A stretch of 28,025 nt of DNA, from the NCBI GenBank assembly GCA_030018135.1, contig JASEGJ010000013.1:1-28025 (forward strand), written 5' to 3'. Under the pieces are notes generated by a model, which had not been told where the DNA came from, searched no databases, and saw only the letters and a program-made list of their open reading frames with translations. This DNA comes from Candidatus Hodarchaeaceae archaeon (GTDB lineage: Archaea; Hadarchaeota; Hadarchaeia; Hadarchaeales; Hadarchaeaceae). Position numbers and translations under genes: made by a program. How positions within the stretch are numbered: position 1 is the first letter of the stretch; each line of letters begins with the position of its first letter. Below, in pieces: positions 1-5,561 of this stretch.

Positions 1-36
1 TAAAATGAGATTTATTTGTCCGGGAAGTGCAGCAAA

Positions 37-102
37 ATGAGTGAACAAGATAAAAATTTAGTTGCATATTGTGGTCTGTATTGTCCCTCTTCCATTATCT
101 GA
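37..102 (+). pseudogene. Truncated N-terminus of a DUF3795-like Cys-rich protein (MSEQDKNLVAYCGLYCPSSII*)
   Basis: Manual translation from ATG 37. 'LVAYCGLYC' resembles the DUF3795 N-terminal motif, and the frame stops at 100-102. Confidence 0.45.
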
Positions 103-110
103 TTAACTCC

Positions 111-854
111 CTAGATAAACGCGGGTGAGAGCATTTTTCTTACCGGTATTGGCTCAGCCAGCGACCTGGGCGAAAGCCAAGGATGGAAATCACTTACTCT
201 CTTCTGAACGTCTTCAATTTTTCCATTCTCATCCAATTCCACAAATAACTTATCCCCAACGATCTTTTTTATCCTCCAAGTTTCCTTCCAATGAGGAACT
301 TTGTGCCAGGGCTCATCGTCCCAAATCTCATATTTCAGGACAAGCCCTTCTTTTAAGCAAGTTGATCTCTTTTTCATCAGATCTTCGAGCATTCTCACAT
401 CCCTTACTATCCTCCTTTTCTCTTCCTCGGCTTTTTTGCGTGCAATCACCTTCTGAGGGGATTCAAAATCGAAAAGATCTACAATGCATTTTTCACAAAC
501 CCTGAAACCTTTCCATTCCCTCCAGCACTTCGAGCAGATTAGCCCAGCACAATTCCAGCATGCCCTGACATTACCTGACTTGATATCCTCCATCAAAATG
601 AGATTACCGCATGTGCACTGATGGCTGCTTGTTTTTATCGTCCTTATGCCAGAAGCCTCCACCAAGGATTTTTCTTCCTCATAGAAGAGCAATTCACCCT
701 GCGAGGTTTTGAGTATCAGCTTACCATCAGGCAGATCCTCAACTACCCTTTCTTCAATGACCCTTTCTTTCAGCCTGCCCTGCACGAATTCCCTGAAAGC
801 TTGCTGATCGACCTTCATCGGAAAAATATCTGCACCGCTTATTAATAGGGCCAT
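111..854 (-). CDS. Hypothetical protein with Cys-rich putative Zn-binding domain
   Basis: 247-aa ORF with CTCG...CWNC...CSKC...CEKC followed by a charged helical segment; divergent from the ATPase operon. Confidence 0.75.
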   Translation of the reverse strand: MALLISGADIFPMKVDQQAFREFVQGRLKERVIEERVVEDLPDGKLILKTSQGELLFYEEEKSLVEASGIRTIKTSSHQCTCGNLILMEDIKSGNVRACWNCAGLICSKCWREWKGFRVCEKCIVDLFDFESPQKVIARKKAEEEKRRIVRDVRMLEDLMKKRSTCLKEGLVLKYEIWDDEPWHKVPHWKETWRIKKIVGDKLFVELDENGKIEDVQKRVSDFHPWLSPRSLAEPIPVRKMLSPAFI

Positions 855-874
855 CGAATTCAGAAAGGGATAAA

Positions 875-1096
875 ATGGGCCTTGAGGAACTGGGATTCGT
901 AAAGATCCTTGAGTTCAAGCAGGTCCCATGTGATGTTTACTTCCATCCTAAAAGGGCTGTCACGCTGAGCGTGGGTTTTTTAAATGACAGTGTCTGGCTT
1001 AAAGCATCTAAGCAAATGTTCATCAAAGCTCTAAAGAGGAATGGCGAGGGATTTTACAGCAAGCTCCAGAACATCACAAAATTCATGGATACCTGA
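875..1096 (+). CDS. Hypothetical protein (73 aa)
   Basis: ATG start; ends 8 nt before the ATPase gene on the same strand. Confidence 0.6.
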   Translation: MGLEELGFVKILEFKQVPCDVYFHPKRAVTLSVGFLNDSVWLKASKQMFIKALKRNGEGFYSKLQNITKFMDT

Positions 1097-1104
1097 AAAG
1101 CAGT

Positions 1105-3300
1105 TTGCCAGAATTTCAGTGCGTTGCATATTTTATCAGCGAAATAACACCCAAGATCGCCGAAGAGAGTTTTAAGCCCATGCCAAAGATAAAGGAACTT
1201 TTAGAGGAGCGAAAGAGGTTAGAGGAAGCCCTAGGAGGAGATGAGGAAAAGATCAAAAGGGGACTTGAACTTATCAAAGGGGTTAGAACTTCTGATGAAT
1301 CTTTGAAGCTCCTTGAGGATTCTTTAAAAAGGAAACTTGAAACCATTCAACAGATCAAGAAGTTAGATTCTAAACTCGAAACCGCGAACAGTGTGCTCAA
1401 CGAATGGATTGAGAAGGGCTACGCTCTTTGCCTGCTCTGGAATTTCTCAACAACCATTCATGTCTGCTCTAAGTATGCCATTTCAGCCGAGATTGAAAAA
1501 GTTCTTGATGAAATCGAAATGATAGAAAAACAAAGCGTGCGGGCTAGAGCATATCAGCAGGAGCTCTGGATAGAAGAGGTGAAGGATCCGTTCCACGTTT
1601 ACTTCGCCGAGGCAGTAGGATTCACCCACCCAAAAATCCTGCAGACTTATGATAGCCTGGTAATGAAGAAATTTGCCGAGGAGATTGAGCAGTGGTTTAA
1701 CGCTAGACTAGCTCTACCCATTCAGAGAGCCGGGTTCACGGAGGAGAGCTCCACAGCAGTTGCGGAAGCTCTGGCTGCCTTTTTGAGGCAGGTTAAGGTC
1801 GTGGAAGCAGTACCAAAGAAAGCCGAGGCCAAGCTATCCCTTGAGAAGATAAAAAAGCCAGTTTACTTTGGATATCTCCAGACCAAAACTCCGGAAGGAT
1901 TTGAGAGCTCTAACATTCCTTTCATGGTGGATCTGGATGAGCTGAGGAAGCACTGCCTGATAACAGGAACAACAGGTTCAGGAAAAACAAGGGTTGCCCA
2001 GCTGGATAGCTGAATCTTCCTGTGTGCATGTCCCCACGATAATAATCGACCCTATCGGAGAGTTCACTGGCATGCTCAAGGAAAACAAGGGTATGGAAAA
2101 GGAGCTTACAAAATTTAAAATCGACAGGCCAGTAGCTTACAGTTTTGCAAAAGTTTTTACTCTTGATGACGTAGGAATTCAGTTCAAAGCAAACCTTCTA
2201 AAGAAGCCTGATCTGCAGAGGGATTTGCTGATAAGCGATGCGGATATTACAGCTCTCATCATAAGCCAGCTAGTTGGAGATGAAAGGCTCAGGGACATTA
2301 TCAGGGAATCCTTGATTGAGATCTGGCAGGAAGGGAAAGAGGGATTCGAGGAGTTCATCGAAACCGTGAGGGCAAAGGCAGAGAAAAGGAGAACAGCAAT
2401 AAAGCTTGACAGGCTGGTCCAATATAGGCCTTTGATGAGCAGAGGAATATTTTCAATCAAGGATCTTCTTGAAGAAAGGCTTGTAATCTTCGATCTAAGC
2501 TCAGTGAGCTTTACAGATTCTCAAAAGCTTATGATAATGTGGTTTATTCTTAAGGAACTTCTAAACCATTTTTTGGCCCAACCCCATTCTGATGAACTGA
2601 AGGCTTTGCTAGTATGCGATGAGGTTCACAGGTTCTACGGGCCCGATGTTCCGAGAAATGCCGCAGTTGTGCTTGAAAACATTGTAAAACAGGGGAGGGC
2701 AAAAGGCCTTGGTGCTGTAATGATTTCCCAGAGATAAAAGATTTGGGTGAAGCACTAACGCAGGCCAACCTTAGAATCCTTCTGAAGATACTTGAGGCTG
2801 AGGTTCAAAGTCCCTATGGTGTGAAGTTTGGCCTTGAGCTTGCAAGATCTCTGTACAACTTGAACCCAACAGACAGAATCGGTTATGTCTTCTATTCAGG
2901 TGAGGAGTACTGGTGCAAGTTCAGGCCAACCCTAAGTCTGCCCAAGGGACTTGAAAGCCATGAGGAGATTAAGCAAGCTATGGCTCCTGAAAAAGCGGTA
3001 GAGCTTTTCAACAGACAGATCCAGCAGATAGCTCAGACAGTCAGAGAAAAGGAAGAAAAAGCCCCAGAGCTCAGCGAGGAGGAGAAAGCGGTTGTTAAAG
3101 CTCTGAAGGAATTCCACAAAAAGGGCATAAAACCGAACAAATCCCAGCTTCAGAGACAGATAAAGGTCGGAAGGGAGAAAATAGTCGATTTAATCGATAG
3201 CTTGAAGAAAAAGGGCATTGTAAAGGTTGTTGAGCTTAAGGAAAAGGAACATCCAAAAGTCGTTGAGCTTCTGTCTGGCTGTCAGGAAGAATTCTGCTAG
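1105..3300 (+). pseudogene. HerA/FtsK-superfamily (DUF87-like) ATPase with N-terminal coiled coil and C-terminal winged helix, split by two frameshifts (possibly sequencing errors)
   Basis: Three consecutive ORFs (1105-2013, 1994-2737, 2743-3300) join into one protein. Motifs: HCLITGTTGSGKT (Walker A), IIIDPIGEF, LLVCDEVHRF (Walker B), KQGRAKGLGAVMISQ, then IKDLGEALTQAN. Shifts lie near 2005 (+1) and 2733 (-1). Confidence 0.8.
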
Positions 3301-3332
3301 TTGCTTTGAAACTATACCTTCTAGGTGGGCCT

Positions 3333-3366
3333 GTAGAGAGATTTTTTAAGTAGAGAGATTTTTTAA
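3333..3366. repeat. Perfect 17-bp tandem duplication (GTAGAGAGATTTTTTAA x2)
   Basis: Read directly at 3333-3349 and 3350-3366. Confidence 0.95.
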
Positions 3367-3438
3367 TAAAAATAAAATCGCGGGACAGACAGACAATCAG
3401 ATAGTGACTTTGCCATTCTTAGCTGTTAGCTTATGTGA

Positions 3439-3585
3439 CTAACCAGATGCGGCTATCAAAGCAAAGACCAAAATTGCAAGTAGTGCTATCGTTCCTAAGG
3501 CTAAAGCGATAGTCCCGGCTCCAAAGAAATTAACGAAAATTCCTAAAACCAGGACCAAAGCACCTATCCCTATTACCTTATCATA
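3439..3585 (-). pseudogene. Two-TM small membrane protein remnant lacking a clean start codon
   Basis: Frame reads YDKVIGIGALVLVLGIFVNFFGAGTIALALGTIALLAILVFALIAASG*. Its 5' end is disrupted by a 16-bp duplication. Confidence 0.45.
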
Positions 3586-3601
3586 CTATTACCTTATCAT
3601 A
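3570..3601. repeat. Perfect 16-bp tandem duplication (CTATTACCTTATCATA x2)
   Basis: Read directly at 3570-3585 and 3586-3601. Confidence 0.95.
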
Positions 3602-3658
3602 CAGCTTTTTTCGAGATTCTGCTTTTGCTATGACCTTAGAATTTTTTGTTGCTATGAG

Positions 3659-3862
3659 CTAAGACCCCAAATATTCCCTCATCCGCCACTCCACGTCTGC
3701 TCGTTGTTCGGCCTCAGAAGGTATCCAGACTTCTCTTGCTCTCAAAAGCGTAAAGACTACCGTGATTACCAGACCGACCAAAATCCAAGCTGCGGCCAAC
3801 TGCCCGAATATGAGAATGACTAGGATAATCCCGACCGCGAGGAGGAAATCGTTAGTAGACAT
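3659..3862 (-). CDS. Small hypothetical membrane protein (67 aa, two hydrophobic segments)
   Basis: FLLAVGIILVILIFG and AAAWILVGLVITVVFTLL followed by a charged tail. Confidence 0.6.
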   Translation of the reverse strand: MSTNDFLLAVGIILVILIFGQLAAAWILVGLVITVVFTLLRAREVWIPSEAEQRADVEWRMREYLGS

Positions 3863-4127
3863 ACAGTTCTAGGTATATCCCGGAGATTTTTTGGCTTTTG
3901 CTCAGGCGATAAAAATTTAAAGCTACTTTTAACAGAATTTCATGAAAATCAGCTTTGTGGACCCGCCTCGAATAAACTCGAAACTAGAGCCCTCATAACT
4001 TCTAAATTTGTGGAAAATCGATTGAGTGTACGGAAAAACTTTACCGCAAACCCCTACTTTGATAATGAGGATTTTAAAACGCTCGTAAGGAGGTACAAAT
4101 CCGGAGCTCAAGTCACTTTTAAATCCC

Positions 4128-4170
4128 GGAGAAAATACGGGAAAATTCCGGGTTTTTCCGTAAAATCTCC
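4128..4170. repeat. Interrupted palindrome/hairpin
   Basis: GGAGA-aaa-TACGGGAAAA-ttccggg-TTTTTCCGTA-aaa-TCTCC, symmetric about 4149 and about 30 bp beyond the tRNA-Leu 3' end. Confidence 0.7.
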
Positions 4171-4201
4171 AGTAAAATGTCTGTTTTGCCGGGAAAGCCT
4201 A

Positions 4202-4325
4202 TGGTGCGGGGGAGGGGATTTGAACCCCTGAAAGCCCTGCGGCTACAGGATCTCCCAGCTCAGCTCTTAAGTTTAGCAGCGGTGCCTCCGCCCCTGCCCT
4301 TTAGGCCGAGCTCAGGCACCCCCGC
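4202..4325 (-). tRNA. tRNA-Leu(UAA) with two introns (30/31: 4273-4292, 20 nt; 37/38: 4252-4265, 14 nt); encoded CCA
   Basis: Acceptor stem GCGGGGG/CCCCCGC, discriminator A, T-arm AGGGG-TTCAAAT-CCCCT and a long variable arm. Removing both inserts gives the anticodon arm CAGGA-CTTAAGA-TCCTG, and both inserts form BHB motifs. Confidence 0.93.
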
Positions 4326-4356
4326 GAGAAAAAATTTCTCGGGCGGGGGAATAAAG

Positions 4357-4464
4357 CTAACCCCGGCGCTTCCTGTGCGCCCTGCGGTAGACCGCGCGGA
4401 ACTTCCTGCGCTTCTTCCGCAGCTTGCGCTCCAGCTCCCCCTCAAGCTCTAGCGGCATGGACAT
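4357..4464 (-). CDS. Small highly basic protein MSMPLELEGELERKLRKKRRKFRAVYRRAHRKRRG (35 aa; alternative start 4458)
   Basis: Manual translation. Third codon positions are GC-rich like host genes, a GTGA RBS-like element precedes the second ATG, and an AT-rich TATA-like element lies near 4537-4544. Confidence 0.6.
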   Translation of the reverse strand: MSMPLELEGELERKLRKKRRKFRAVYRRAHRKRRG

Positions 4465-4578
4465 CACGTGGAGCCCCGGACCATGTTATCACTCGCGTTT
4501 ATATCCACCTCGTCCTTTTGTGCTGGTTCTTGGCAATAATTAAAGATTTGGACAATATTTTTGGAGGAAGTCACGGAC

Positions 4579-4824
4579 ATGATAAGGGCAACCCTCGCCG
4601 ATCGTGGCGGAGTTAATGGTCAGCCCCATGAGGTCGTTCTCGGAGCGGGGGATTTTAACGATGCGTTGGCCGAGATCGGTAAAGATAGGCTATTCTGGCC
4701 AGCCGCTCTATCTTTCGACGGGAACTACCTCTGGGTTGGGGGGTTCAAGCTCTCCGAGAGGATACCGAGGTTCAGCCCATTAAGTAATGGCCACTTTTCG
4801 CGCGGGGTATCAAGCAGGATTTAG
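4579..4824 (+). pseudogene. Probable C-terminal fragment of an NHL/beta-propeller repeat protein
   Basis: 'IGKDRLFWPAALSFDGNYLWVG' resembles a single NHL blade (LFWP..L..DG..LWV); too short for a whole propeller. Confidence 0.4.
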
Positions 4825-4878
4825 GCAAGGAATTTGGCGAAAAGGAGTATGATATTTGCCCCGATCTGGGATTTTTAA

Positions 4879-4956
4879 TGGTGCCCCGGGCGGGATTTGA
4901 ACCCGCGTCGCAGGCTCGAGAGGCCTGCATGATTGGCCGGCCTACACCACCGGGGC
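4879..4956 (-). tRNA. tRNA-Glu(CUC), no intron, encoded CCA
   Basis: Acceptor GCCCCGG/CCGGGGC, anticodon arm CAGGC-CTCTCGA-GCCTG, T-arm GCGGG-TTCAAAT-CCCGC. A TATA-like TTTTTAAT lies about 25-30 nt upstream. Confidence 0.97.
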
Positions 4957-5018
4957 GCAAGTCACTCTGTGCTGCGAAAATTAAAAATCTGCTGCCCAAG
5001 CGCTAGTAGCGAAGTCCC

Positions 5019-5240
5019 TCAATCGTGCTCCTCGAACACCTTGTCCTGCGTCGGATCCTTCTTCCTCAGCCACTCGACGAGCATCGCGACGTGCTCCTTC
5101 TCCTCGTCCATATTGTGCTGCAAGACCTTCCTCAGGGATTCGTCCCCCGTGGCGTCTATCCTCGCCTGGTACTTATTTATGGCGTCCAACTCCTCGATCA
5201 ACGACTGCCTCGCCATCGCCCAGTTTTCATGCTCCCCCAT
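5019..5240 (-). CDS. Encapsulated-ferritin (EncFtn/Flp)-like half-ferritin, 73 aa
   Basis: ARQSLIEELDAINKY...LQHNMDEEKEHVAMLVEWLRKKDP matches the EncFtn ferroxidase pattern. GGAGGTGA RBS precedes ATG 5240. Confidence 0.88.
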   Translation of the reverse strand: MGEHENWAMARQSLIEELDAINKYQARIDATGDESLRKVLQHNMDEEKEHVAMLVEWLRKKDPTQDKVFEEHD

Positions 5241-5251
5241 TTTGTCACCTC

Positions 5252-5386
5252 CTATCTTTTCTTCTCGGCGATCAATTCCATCGGTTGCCCGCAGCAGACC
5301 AGCTCGCCGCCGCCGACCTTCGTCACAACGACTTCGTTGCCGCACACGTTGCACCTGTAGCCTTCACCTACCTTCTTAACCCCCAT
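5252..5386 (-). CDS. Desulforedoxin (desulfoferrodoxin FeS4-binding domain), 44 aa
   Basis: YRCNVCGNEV...GGGELVCCGQPM signature; GGAGGGGG RBS precedes ATG 5386. Confidence 0.92.
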   Translation of the reverse strand: MGVKKVGEGYRCNVCGNEVVVTKVGGGELVCCGQPMELIAEKKR

Positions 5387-5438
5387 TTTCGGACCCCCTC
5401 CAGTTTTTGGCCACCAAGGCGCGCGATGGGTTCCTGAG

Positions 5439-5526
5439 TGGCGGGCCCGCGGGGATTCGAACCCCGGATTTGCAGCTTTCCCCAAGGATAGGAGGCTGCT
5501 GCCTTATCCAACTTGGCCACGGGCCC
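5439..5526 (-). tRNA. tRNA-Arg(CCU) with 11-nt intron at 37/38 (5478-5488), encoded CCA
   Basis: Acceptor GGGCCCG/CGGGCCC, anticodon arm GCAGC-CTCCTA|TCCTTGGGGAA|A-GCTGC, T-arm CGGGG-TTCGAAT-CCCCG. Confidence 0.95.
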
Positions 5527-5561
5527 GTGTAAAATTTGGTCGCGGAGGTTTATGACGGTTG

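Larger units (their letters stand above)
103..4201. mobile_element. Putative integrated or decaying element (genomic island) at the 3' end of tRNA-Leu(UAA)
   Basis: Visibly lower GC than the housekeeping genes to the right, ends at the tRNA CCA end, and holds orphan ORFs, a HerA/FtsK-type ATPase and short repeats. No integrase or second att copy was seen, so the left boundary is uncertain and may lie outside the window. Confidence 0.55.

Noticed and set aside
3333-3601. Tandem repeats as a CRISPR array
   Set aside because: Two different two-copy repeats of 16-17 bp with no spacers and no cas genes.
3659-3661. Pyrrolysine read-through of the TAG joining the two membrane ORFs
   Set aside because: No pyl genes in the window, and the downstream frame is broken by a duplication anyway.
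4010-4452. ORFs 4010-4231 and 4177-4452 as an SSV-type split-integrase N-fragment
   Set aside because: WCGGGDLNP and MVRGRGFEP are just antisense translations of the tRNA. One frame stops inside the tRNA, the other is open only briefly upstream, and no integrase motifs are present.
4772-4999. 75-aa minus-strand ORF
   Set aside because: It is a translation of tRNA-Glu.
5019-5485. Longer ORF-track versions (111 aa and 77 aa) of the ferritin-like and desulforedoxin genes
   Set aside because: The extensions overlap the neighbouring gene or tRNA-Arg. Strong RBSs mark ATG 5240 and ATG 5386.
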